A DNA stretch of 64,000 nucleotides from Nematocida ausubeli. Taxonomy: Eukaryota. The stretch spans positions 372,001 through 436,000 of the forward strand of contig NW_026515635.1 of the NCBI RefSeq assembly GCF_000738915.1. Reading direction: 5' to 3'. This document shows, piece after piece, positions 9,970 through 19,965 of the stretch. Each line of letters begins with the position of its first letter. Within the stretch, counting starts at the first letter, position 1. The notes beneath the pieces are model-generated. The model worked only from the letters and a program-made list of their open reading frames with translations, was not told the origin of the DNA and made no database searches. The translations under genes were made by a program, and so were the position numbers.

Positions 9970-11139
9970 TTATTTCAGGAGTTTTCTTAGGTCAGTGTTT
10001 GGGTCTGATGTCTTTTTCATCACTTTTGCAACTGCCATTTCAAAGTCATCCTTTGTTATGTGGGTTCTTCTTTCACGCAGTGCAAACATACCTGCCTCTG
10101 TGCAGACTCCTTTCACTTCTGCCCCACTTGCGCCAACTAGCTTTTCAGATATCTTTGCTAGATCGATGTTTTTTGTGAGGTTCATTTTCCTGGAGTGAAT
10201 TTTAAGTATTTCCAGGCGGGCCTCCTCTTTTGGAGCTGGGAATTCAATCTTTCTATCGATTCTTCCTGGTCGCAGCAGTGCCGAGTCCAGGATGTCTATT
10301 CTGTTTGTCGCCATAATGACTTTTATATTTTGGTGAGCCTCAAAACCGTCCAGCTGATTGAGAAGCTCCAACATGGTGCGCTGCACTTCACTGCTTCCGT
10401 TTGAGCCCTCCATTCTTACAGACCCAATCGAGTCAATTTCGTCCATGAAGATAATTGATGGAGCGTGCTCTCTGGCCATGACAAATAGCTCCCTCACAAG
10501 ACGGGAGCCTTCTCCAATGTACTTTTGCACCAGCTCAGAGCCAGAAACTCGAATGAACCGGCACTGCGTGTGGTGTGCAACTGCTCGTGCCAGAAGGGTC
10601 TTTCCAGTTCCTGGCGGGCCGTACAAAAGAACCCCTTTTGGCTGGGCAATTCCAAGAGACTCAAATAGTTCTGGGTGCTTAATAGGGAGCTCTATCACTT
10701 CCTTCACCTCTTTTATCTGATCACTCAGTCCTCCTATCATGTCATACGTTGAATCTGGGGACTTTTCAACCATCATGAGAGAAATAATCGGATCGACCTT
10801 TGAAGGAAGTATTTTATACAGGGCGTACGTGTCTCCTCTTAGGGCCACGCGCATTCCTGGCTTAAGGCTGTCGTAATCAACTTGCGGCTCAACCTGCACC
10901 AAGTGCTTTCCTTCAGTGGTTGTTTTCACTAGAATAATGTTTTTTCCCATTTTCTTGGATACTTCACCAACAGTGCAGGATGGCTCTTGTATTATTGCGA
11001 TTTCTTCTTTTAGCTGCCTGACTCTGTCGTTTAGGGTGTTCTTTATTTTGTCTAATCTCTCAATGTTCTGCTGTTTTTTTTCAATCCGCACTTTCAGCTC
11101 TTCAGCTCTGCTTGTGTTGTACTGCTGGAGGATATGCAT
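9970..11139 (-). CDS. RPT6: 26S proteasome regulatory ATPase Rpt6
   Basis: [71 protein letters not shown]; likely start MHILQQY. Confidence 0.95.
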   Translation of the reverse strand: MHILQQYNTSRAEELKVRIEKKQQNIERLDKIKNTLNDRVRQLKEEIAIIQEPSCTVGEVSKKMGKNIILVKTTTEGKHLVQVEPQVDYDSLKPGMRVALRGDTYALYKILPSKVDPIISLMMVEKSPDSTYDMIGGLSDQIKEVKEVIELPIKHPELFESLGIAQPKGVLLYGPPGTGKTLLARAVAHHTQCRFIRVSGSELVQKYIGEGSRLVRELFVMAREHAPSIIFMDEIDSIGSVRMEGSNGSSEVQRTMLELLNQLDGFEAHQNIKVIMATNRIDILDSALLRPGRIDRKIEFPAPKEEARLEILKIHSRKMNLTKNIDLAKISEKLVGASGAEVKGVCTEAGMFALRERRTHITKDDFEMAVAKVMKKTSDPNTDLRKLLK

Positions 11140-12001
11140 ATACGCAATACAAATAAAATAATTTATAGAAATTGCAATGAATTCAAATAGATGCACGTCC
11201 GTGCAGAGAAAAGACAGAAACACTGCAGATTTAACTATCAGGTGCAACATATACTACAATGCATGCAGATTAAATTGTGCATGTATGCGCATAAAATATG
11301 AATATTTTTCAATGAAATGTGCAGAACTGTACTAGTATATGACAGATGCACACTAAAGACAATCTGGATATTATGGTTATTTGGGCCTAGAGCAGGATTC
11401 TATTGAATAATTAACTCTCTGGTGCATGCATTAAAAGGCGCAGTATGCTTATATTATATCTGCATTTCCAAGTACTAGAAGAGTAAGACAGTCTTAGCTC
11501 TAGCTCTTATACAATACAAATGAATACTTGAATAGCTGAATCTTTAAAGGATGTACTGAACAATTTGAAAATACTGAATGATTATATGGGTGTACAGTGG
11601 TGTAGTATAGAAATACTCCTGCATGTGCATATAATTGTCTTATATGATGAACTATTTTATCTCCTATAGAGTCATGATACTCTTACTATTCTTTTAATTA
11701 CAGAAAATTCCTGAAGTATATTATATACATAGAAAGATGAAAAATGACTAGACACAGGATAAAATTGCAGAGATGTGAAGTGGATAGTTCTTTCTTCTGG
11801 GATATAGCTACTGTATTATTGGTTTTCAATAGAAATTATGCTGCTTTTTCTGTTATTATTATATGACAGTGCATATACTTTGTGCTTATCCTTTAATATT
11901 CTAACTGCCTGCACTCTGAATACAATTGCATCTCTGTGATAAAATTAGCTTTGCATGCACTTCTTCGTGTATTTATGCAGGAAATCTTTTTTTGTGCGTT
12001 A

Positions 12002-13678
12002 ATGGAAGAAAGACTTCGCAATGAACTTGCAGGGATTATAGGAAAATGCAGCAACATTGAAGAGGAGGCACTGAAAAAAGCCATTATGCAAAGTAAAACA
12101 CCAAAGAATGGGGACTTTGTCATTCCATTCTCACAGATAACCAGAGATGAAACACTTATACAGACAGTCGCAGAGGCAATAGTGACAGAAGGGTCTATCA
12201 TAAGAAAGGTTGAAGTTATCAAGCAGATGCTGTGCATATACATAGACGTAAAGAGCATTTCACATGAAATAGTGAGTGAAATACTTGGGAAGAAAGAGGC
12301 ATACGGAAGCAGCACAGAGGGAGAGGGCAAGACAGTTGTGATTGACTTCAGCTCCCCAAACATTGCAAAAGTATTCCATGCAGGCCATCTGAGGACCACG
12401 ATCATTGGAAACTACATACAAAACATATACAAGAAGCTTGGGTACAAAACAGTCGCACTAAACTATCTTGGGGACTGGGGAAAGCAGTTTGGGTTCCTGG
12501 CCATAGGATATGCAAAGTACGCAGACCAGAAGAAAATGGAAGAAGATCCAATTAGGCACCTAAATGACATATATGTGAGAATGAACCAGGAGGCAGAGCA
12601 AGACCCCTCCCTGCACGACAGAGCCAGAGAGTTCTTCAAGAGAATGGAAGAGGGAGACGAAGAAGCCGTCAGCGTATGGCGAAACTTCCGAGAGCTAAGT
12701 ATTTCTAAGTACGAAGAAATGTACGCCAGCATGAACATCCACTTTGACATATACTCAGGAGAGAGCTTCTACGGAGGAAAGGCAGCACTAGACAACATCC
12801 AGACAAAGCCATACCTCATTCCATGCGAAGACGGATCGAAGATAGCAGACCTTGGGCAACTTGGAAAGACAGTTCTTGTAAAGAATGATGGGTCTACCAT
12901 ATACATCACACGGGATGTTCTATCAGCACAGGACAGAATACAGAAGTACTCCCCGCACAAGCTTATATACGTGGTGGCCAGCCAACAAGACCTGCACTTC
13001 AAGCAGCTCTTCAAGCTCCTTGAGATGGACGGGTACAGTCCGTCTCTCTTCCTGCACATAAACTTCGGTATGGTGAAGGGAATGTCCACCAGACGAGGCA
13101 CTGCAGTCTCTCTGGCAGACATCATTGACGTGGCGCAGGATGCAGTAATGGAGAAGATGCAGGAAAGCGGCAAGGCAGAGCAAATATCTGATAAAAAGAA
13201 CACGTCCCGTACTCTGGCACTTTCTGCAATTCTTGTGCAGGACTTTAAGGCAAAGCGTATAAAGGACTATGACTTTGACATGAAAAAGAACACGTCCTTC
13301 ATTGGGGACACAGGCCCGTATGTGCAGTATACTCTCTGCCGCCTGGCAAGTATTTCCAGGAATGCAGTATACCCAGTTGGAGACATGGCTGGCCTAGACT
13401 TCACAGACCTGGGAAGTGACAAGTGCTACGAGCTTCTGTTCCTTCTGGGCAGATATCCTTCTGTTCTTGCAGAAAGTATCCGGGGGCATGAACCATCAGT
13501 CATTGTCACATACATCCTGCAGATATGCCAGCTGGTGAACTCAATATTCCGTGTTGTCTGGGTGGCTAACCAGCCAGAAGAAATTGCTAGAGCCAGGCTC
13601 GCCATGTACGAGGCCATTAGGTACGTCTTGGCAGATGCAGTGCGTATTCTGGGAATGAAGCCACTAGAGGTCATGTAG
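12002..13678 (+). CDS. ArgRS: Arginyl-tRNA synthetase
   Basis: DFSSPNIAKVFHAGHLRTTIIG, NYLGDWGKQFG, Y-I-T-R-D, GMSTRRG, GDTGPYVQY. Confidence 0.96.
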   Translation: MEERLRNELAGIIGKCSNIEEEALKKAIMQSKTPKNGDFVIPFSQITRDETLIQTVAEAIVTEGSIIRKVEVIKQMLCIYIDVKSISHEIVSEILGKKEAYGSSTEGEGKTVVIDFSSPNIAKVFHAGHLRTTIIGNYIQNIYKKLGYKTVALNYLGDWGKQFGFLAIGYAKYADQKKMEEDPIRHLNDIYVRMNQEAEQDPSLHDRAREFFKRMEEGDEEAVSVWRNFRELSISKYEEMYASMNIHFDIYSGESFYGGKAALDNIQTKPYLIPCEDGSKIADLGQLGKTVLVKNDGSTIYITRDVLSAQDRIQKYSPHKLIYVVASQQDLHFKQLFKLLEMDGYSPSLFLHINFGMVKGMSTRRGTAVSLADIIDVAQDAVMEKMQESGKAEQISDKKNTSRTLALSAILVQDFKAKRIKDYDFDMKKNTSFIGDTGPYVQYTLCRLASISRNAVYPVGDMAGLDFTDLGSDKCYELLFLLGRYPSVLAESIRGHEPSVIVTYILQICQLVNSIFRVVWVANQPEEIARARLAMYEAIRYVLADAVRILGMKPLEVM

Positions 13679-13947
13679 GCCACTCCCTTTACTTGACAGC
13701 AAAGTGTCTCAAATAATTAGTGAACGCATAATAATCACGCAGTGCACCTTATTGAAAAAATATGCTAGACAGGAAAGTGTCTTCTATGGGGCAGAGCACA
13801 AATATAATTTAGTGCGATATTTCAGGGACACAGAGTCATAAAAAGAATAAAGATCAAGTATTTTGGTATACGCATGCTGTGATACAAACTCCATTAAGAG
13901 GCAGTTTTCTGATGGCCATTTAATTTACACATCTGCAAATATTTTAT

Positions 13948-14466
13948 ATGCAGAAAGAGACTGTGCCTTTAGTTGTTCTTGGAGGAGGAGGGCATACGCA
14001 GGAGATCATTTATATCATGAAAATAGGTCCTTATTTTTCAAATATCACATTGATCCATGGCTCCTGTGATTCTCTCTCAAAGAGTCTTTTTTTACAAGAA
14101 ATATCCCCAAAGAAGCACACATCATATAGTATGCCTAGACCAAACAATGTGCTTGAAAAGTACTCTGTGCTCCAGATGATATGCTCCCTCTTTTCTGCCA
14201 TCATGATTATTCTGCGCTCAAAAAGTGACTTTTTAATATGCAATGGACCTGGAATATCAGTTCCTGTTGCTCTCGCGTATAGACTGCTTCATCCAGGCCG
14301 GCCAATATTCTATATTGAAAGCATGACCCGTGTAAAGACACTTTCCGCTGCAGGGAAGATCATCCAGTATATAGCAAGTGTGTTTATTGTGCAGAGCAAA
14401 GAACTCTCCAGAAATACATATCCATGCAGAAGGTTCCATAGTATATTCAAAATACTTCCAGTCTAG
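13948..14466 (+). CDS. ALG14: UDP-GlcNAc transferase subunit Alg14
   Basis: LVVLGGGGHTQE, LICNGPGISVPV, IFYIESMTRVKTLSAAGKI, FIVQ. Confidence 0.9.
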   Translation: MQKETVPLVVLGGGGHTQEIIYIMKIGPYFSNITLIHGSCDSLSKSLFLQEISPKKHTSYSMPRPNNVLEKYSVLQMICSLFSAIMIILRSKSDFLICNGPGISVPVALAYRLLHPGRPIFYIESMTRVKTLSAAGKIIQYIASVFIVQSKELSRNTYPCRRFHSIFKILPV

Positions 14467-14946
14467 GCCATAAGTGCCTTATAGCACAGCAGGCTTGAAA
14501 TCAATAAATTTCAGGTTTATTGAAGCCACAAAAAGATGGTTTTATAATTATTTATGTGGCAGATACTTCTGAAAGGCTTGCTTCCATGAATATGCAGGAT
14601 ATGCAGTGTGCTGCAGCACAGAATAGAAGACTATTATCAAATTCACTTGTTTATTTATACTTGTAGGGTTTTTATTAAACCTGCTAGTTAAACTGCATAT
14701 CCTTAGGGCCTGAAAATGTAAAATATCAGAGACTACAGAAAACTATCAAATCACTGCTTTTAGTTAAATCTGCAGAGGTTATGCCCTGGATATGTTGTGC
14801 TGTTCAATTCTGCATTATACCTGCCTGGTGAAGCACAGTATCCTAAATAATGCAAGCATTACAGTGCATTTTATATTTTGCTTTGGCTTTGGCAAGTATC
14901 ACACCTCTACGGCAATAAGAATATTTTCAGTTTGTTGTAGCTAGTA

Positions 14947-16728
14947 TTAACGCATACCTCGCATCCACTGCCATAATGATAGCACTGTCTTAACTCCATG
15001 CACTGCCACTGCAGACACTACTACTGCAGATATGCAGCCTACAAGCACACTTACCTTGATTGTTCTGAATATATACTGTGGCCTTTCTGGGTCTGTCTTT
15101 TTTTCTTTGCATATACTGGATATATGCACTGCCTTAATTACCATGTGCATGATGTATATGAAGAGTGGCTGGAATATTTCCAGGCTAAGACTCTTTTCAA
15201 AGCAATAGTATATTTCTGTTGTATTATTTTCTTCTCTTTGTCTTAGGTATATCTTTGAGATGCACTCAATACTTGGCAGCCACTTGAATATTTTTAGATC
15301 TGACTGAATAATTATTGACGGGGTTGAAGATTCTCCATCCATTGTATATAGCTCTGTGTACAGCATGGATATGATTGCTATGCGTCTAGTTGTTATTTGC
15401 TTTAAAAATGCTCTTTTCCCTATTTTCCCCTCTTTTATTTCACTCTCCAGGAGAATGCACCCGTTGTTTAAGAATATGTCTTCCTCCTTAGAGGTGTTGT
15501 CTGCGAAGTATCTGCCTAGAATGCTTTCTATCGACAAAGAGGTCTCTCCCATGAGCATCATCCTTCTGCTTGTGTGGTTTGCTTGTGTGTACCATTTGCA
15601 CAGAACTGCCGTGTCTTCATGCGTGCAGAAAATGGACAAGCACAGATCGTGTGTTTTTATGGTTACTACTGAATTTTCTGCCTGGAAGTGGAGTATCTCG
15701 TGCTTGTTAATTACATACTTCCAACCAAATACCATCTCACACACAATAATTGTGTTAACATAGACCTGAAAACTACCTCGCAGTGAATTGCACCCAGCCC
15801 GGAAACTTGCAAAAAAACTGCGCCATGGCTTCTTCTCCTTTTCACTCTGAATCACAAACCCTATCCTATTTGGGATAAGCTTTCTTTTTATACACACCTC
15901 CTCTGCTGCCATTGCAGTTTCCTCAAGGCCCGGTCTGTACTCATTTGTTATTTTTCTCCTGTGCCTCTCAAGTTCTTCTGATGCTAAGTTGGATAAAGTC
16001 GCAACCTCCTTTGTAATTCCTGTGGATATTGCATTCTCCACTGATGTGCACTGATGGTCCTTTATGGTTTGCATCCACAAGCAAATATGCGCATGGTCTG
16101 TTGACACTTTTTCCATTGACTCAACTTCTTTGAAAATTGACTTCAACAGGGAAAGTGTTAGCTTGTTTGTTTGAATAGAAAAGCTTAGCTTATACTGTGT
16201 AAAGTTCACTTGTTTTTCGTATATCTGAAACTTTCTCTCCAACTCATTCTGTCCTTGTCCTGGTAGTTCTGTCTTCATGAATGCCTGCAGTGCATCATAT
16301 CTTAATCTTGCCTGTTTATAGTCTGCACATGCCTTCTTGATCATATTCCCAATTGTGGAGTCAAGTGAGATTGATTCTGGAATTGAAGGGGGCATGAATA
16401 TGTGGCTGTATTTTAGTATTCTGCTGTGGTTAAGCTTCTTTGTGGGCACTGCCCTTACATATATATCTGACTTTTCAATTGTCTCTATGGAGTGCACATA
16501 CTCCATGAATGCTGTTCTGAGTTTTTCTATCTGCTGCTCAAGTGCTTTTTTCTTCTTCTCGTATGCTTCAATGTCTTTCTTGAGGATCTTCATCGATTCA
16601 TATGTTCCTTTTGATCTTTCCAGGAAGCCAATTCCCTCTTCGCATGCACTCTCCAGGGAAAGACCCATTGTTTCTAGGAACAAGGCGCTTTCTTTTTCTT
16701 CTACCATGCTTAAATAAAAAACCATCAC
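14947..16728 (-). CDS. Probable LAM/Sip3-type membrane-contact lipid-transfer protein (coiled-coil/BAR-like, PH/GRAM-like, VASt-like, C-terminal TM)
   Basis: Helical N-terminal half; GRAM-like LRGSFQVYVNTIIVCEMVFGWKYVINKHEI; VASt-start-like SLSIESILGRYFADN; TM VSVLVGCISAVVVSAVAV. The ORF is solid; the family call is tentative. Confidence 0.5.
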   Translation of the reverse strand: MMVFYLSMVEEKESALFLETMGLSLESACEEGIGFLERSKGTYESMKILKKDIEAYEKKKKALEQQIEKLRTAFMEYVHSIETIEKSDIYVRAVPTKKLNHSRILKYSHIFMPPSIPESISLDSTIGNMIKKACADYKQARLRYDALQAFMKTELPGQGQNELERKFQIYEKQVNFTQYKLSFSIQTNKLTLSLLKSIFKEVESMEKVSTDHAHICLWMQTIKDHQCTSVENAISTGITKEVATLSNLASEELERHRRKITNEYRPGLEETAMAAEEVCIKRKLIPNRIGFVIQSEKEKKPWRSFFASFRAGCNSLRGSFQVYVNTIIVCEMVFGWKYVINKHEILHFQAENSVVTIKTHDLCLSIFCTHEDTAVLCKWYTQANHTSRRMMLMGETSLSIESILGRYFADNTSKEEDIFLNNGCILLESEIKEGKIGKRAFLKQITTRRIAIISMLYTELYTMDGESSTPSIIIQSDLKIFKWLPSIECISKIYLRQREENNTTEIYYCFEKSLSLEIFQPLFIYIMHMVIKAVHISSICKEKKTDPERPQYIFRTIKVSVLVGCISAVVVSAVAVHGVKTVLSLWQWMRGMR

Positions 16729-17313
16729 ACGGCAGACTATTAATTATCGATTCGTAAATGCAGTCATTTCACATCTATGTGCACTGTGGATGCAAAGTCA
16801 CTGTGCATACCCCTCACTAGAATATGCATAAATTCTTTGAAAACAAGCACATGTCTTTGCTGCCAATAAATCTATGCGAAAGCCTTTTACAGGATATAAC
16901 TTAAATATAACTTTAATAATCTGAAGATGTTCTTGCATGCTGCATAATATGGAGAATGGTTAAATAGTATTATTTATTAAGCCTGTGGTAATTACAGTGC
17001 AGTTTCTGCAGAGAATATTTTTACTACAGGAAGTACTTTATTTGCACTACAGCAAGGCATGCGATTTAAATATTATCTACACGATTAGGTCTAAGTATAT
17101 ATGCATCTTTGCAGATACTTTGTGATTTATCCATGCCATTCGCACTAATCATACTTTTTATCCTAAAGAACCCAATATCCTGCTACTCTTCTAGATAGCC
17201 TATTCTAATATCTGTTATATTTGTTGCATATACGGTATATTTTATAGCACAATACAGGCTACATTCTCTGCGTGCATAAAATCACGGGCATGTGAAGTAT
17301 TTGGGCTGCTCTT

Positions 17314-18336
17314 CTAGTTATCAAGTGTTTCAAAGTCCATGCTATGGAATAAGTCGGGCTGCTCTGCAGGCTTCTCTGGCTCTGGCACTGCCATCTCTGA
17401 GAACTTCTTGTGCATGTACGCAAGGGCTTTATCAGTTAGAAATCCTGTTCTTGCTGAGAATACTCGTTGTGTAAACTCTGGGGTTTCTTTGATTTTCTCA
17501 TAGACTTCTGGGTTGTCCATGATGACAAATGCCTTTGACACATTCTTCCACATGTACACTTGATACTTGTACGCCTCTTGGTCTTTTGTTGGATTGTATC
17601 CATACTGCACCCATAGCTTCTTCCATGGGCCTGTGGAGTACGTGTATGCAATGCATGCCAGAATATTTTTCACAGAAGACCATTTCCATGCCTGGAAGTC
17701 TTTCTGGTGCTCTTTAAAGTACTTCTCCAGGCCCTTAATTGGCCACACCCGCCTCTTTTTGAATGCAAGCATAAGAACCTCTTTGAACTCACCATACCGC
17801 ACACCTATCTGCTTTTTTACACTTTTCTCTATCGCCGGATCTGCTTCTGGAACCTCTTCCTCTATGCGAATCTTTTTTACTAACTGCCTTCTTTTCTGCG
17901 TATTTTTAAACTCCTTGAAATTATAGTATTTGAAGACTCCTGACAGAGTGGTCACAGGAACAGGATAGAAAGGCACTTCATTGCTGCTGGTGTGCCTGTT
18001 GAAATACTTTGCAAGCTCTGTTGTTATGCTCCCTTCCATTCTCTCGCCCATTTCCTTGTAGAACGTAAGTGACTCATGTGGCATGGGAATGTAGAAGTCT
18101 GAGAGTATGGGCTGCAGATGCATGTCCACCTGGCCGTATATAAGCACGGTGTCACCCTCCTTGCTTGCCACATACATATTTGCATCTGTCTTTCTTTCTT
18201 CAAGCCGGATCTCTTTTTTCTGCGGTGACTCACGCAGGTGAAGAGACTCTCCTGTCCACACGTACCCATCGCATCCACCAGGAAGGGTAATTAAAGAGAG
18301 ACTTTTTAACTTTTCCTTTGCGAATAAATTCCCCAT
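17314..18336 (-). CDS. TFC1: TFIIIC subunit Tfc1/Tau95 (GTF3C5)
   Basis: SLITLPG start; FKKRRVW; IAYTYSTGPWKKLWVQYGYNPTKD..AYKYQ Tau95 signature. Confidence 0.85.
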   Translation of the reverse strand: MGNLFAKEKLKSLSLITLPGGCDGYVWTGESLHLRESPQKKEIRLEERKTDANMYVASKEGDTVLIYGQVDMHLQPILSDFYIPMPHESLTFYKEMGERMEGSITTELAKYFNRHTSSNEVPFYPVPVTTLSGVFKYYNFKEFKNTQKRRQLVKKIRIEEEVPEADPAIEKSVKKQIGVRYGEFKEVLMLAFKKRRVWPIKGLEKYFKEHQKDFQAWKWSSVKNILACIAYTYSTGPWKKLWVQYGYNPTKDQEAYKYQVYMWKNVSKAFVIMDNPEVYEKIKETPEFTQRVFSARTGFLTDKALAYMHKKFSEMAVPEPEKPAEQPDLFHSMDFETLDN

Positions 18337-18365
18337 ATGAATAAAAAAATCCAGAGTAAATATTT

Positions 18366-19577
18366 ATGCTGCAAAACGCACTGCTTGGAATGAAGAAAGG
18401 AAGAGGCGCCCTATCAAGCTACCGCCCAAATGCATCCAGCTTTTTTTCGTTTGCCTCCACGCTAACATTCTTCTCAGTTGTTCTGGGCATAAAATGGGTG
18501 GTTTTAATATATGCCATGTACTACATTATGGCATGCAAGAAGATTACTCTATACTATCAGCCGACTGAGCACAATGCCTTTATTGTGTCCAAGCTGAAAG
18601 GTCTAGAGCGTGTCTTCTATCCGCATATTCTGTGGATCCTTCCCCAGATACAGACAGTTTCGTACTTCGTGCGCACGCCTCGGCACCATAAAAGCACACA
18701 AATAGAAATAGTTCAGGATGACGGAGGTTCTTTTGTCATTACCGTATACGAGCCTGAAGTGCCAGCCACTCACACGGTTATTACACTTCATGGGCTAGGC
18801 GGCTCTGCAAATTCAAAGAACGTGCGGATACTTGCCTCGCATCTTCTTAATGAAGGGTATCGAGTGATTGGGCTAAGTGCCAGAGGAACAATTAAAAAGC
18901 TCCGTACTCCTGAGTTTTTTCATATAGGCTGGAACAAGGACCTGGTGCGTACTTTTAAGCATGTTCTGAGCACGTATACGGGAACTGTCTCTGGCATAGG
19001 ATTCAGCCTGGGTGGCCACTGGCTGACAAAAACATTTGGCGAGATGGATCTTCACTTTACACAGGAGGAAATATCCCGGATAAAAGGGGGCATGGCCATC
19101 TCCATTCCTTTTGACTTTGTAAAGATCTCTGAGTACATGATGAAGCCCATCCCCAGGCGCATATATAACAGAGAGTTTGCCAAGAAAATACATAGATTTA
19201 TAGACAGAAATAGAGAGCTCTATGAGGAGCACGGGTACCCTGTGTCTGCCCTTCTGAAAATGAACTCAATGCATGAGCTAGACACGTCTTTTACAGCAAA
19301 GGTCTTTAACATACCGGACCTGGAGGAATATTATTACAAAGAGTCCTGTGTGCGGGTTATCCACAAAATTAGAAAGCCATTCTTTATACTTAACTCAAAG
19401 GATGACCCAATTGTTCCTTACTACACGATTCCCATAAAGGAGTGCGTCCAAAGCACTCACGTTATACTTGGCTTAACTGAGCGAGGCGGGCATATGGGGT
19501 TCCTTGGATACTCCAACCACAAAAGCTATGCAGAGGAGGCAGCCATTGAATTTATATCAGTGATATCTTCAATGTAG
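18366..19577 (+). CDS. Alpha/beta hydrolase, ABHD1-3/Eht1/YheT family, N-terminal TM
   Basis: QIQT, LHGLGGS, GFSLGG nucleophile elbow, NSKDDPIV, GGHMGF. Confidence 0.9.
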   Translation: MLQNALLGMKKGRGALSSYRPNASSFFSFASTLTFFSVVLGIKWVVLIYAMYYIMACKKITLYYQPTEHNAFIVSKLKGLERVFYPHILWILPQIQTVSYFVRTPRHHKSTQIEIVQDDGGSFVITVYEPEVPATHTVITLHGLGGSANSKNVRILASHLLNEGYRVIGLSARGTIKKLRTPEFFHIGWNKDLVRTFKHVLSTYTGTVSGIGFSLGGHWLTKTFGEMDLHFTQEEISRIKGGMAISIPFDFVKISEYMMKPIPRRIYNREFAKKIHRFIDRNRELYEEHGYPVSALLKMNSMHELDTSFTAKVFNIPDLEEYYYKESCVRVIHKIRKPFFILNSKDDPIVPYYTIPIKECVQSTHVILGLTERGGHMGFLGYSNHKSYAEEAAIEFISVISSM

Positions 19578-19965
19578 AGGCATGCATGATGCATTTACTG
19601 CAGTAGTTCTCCATTCTGTCGGTTAATAAAATGCATATCCCTAAATCATGCAGTTTCTAGTCTTCAAGTTTTCTTGGTTTTCATAGATGCATAAATAAAA
19701 CCCTTCAAATTTATAATTTATCCTGCAGACTTTCTAGTATAACATATTCATAAAAAAATCATATTTTATATTCATTCCTACAGAATATTCCAAAAACCAC
19801 TTCTGCACACTCCCTATACAATAATAGAGCATAAATACTATCTGCATATTCTAACCTATTTCATCGTATATTTCTTGCATGTAATTTATAAATAGTTTCC
19901 TGCAATTCTCATGGAGTCTGTCATCTAAGCATAATGAACGCACAAAAATTATATCTAGATGTTTA

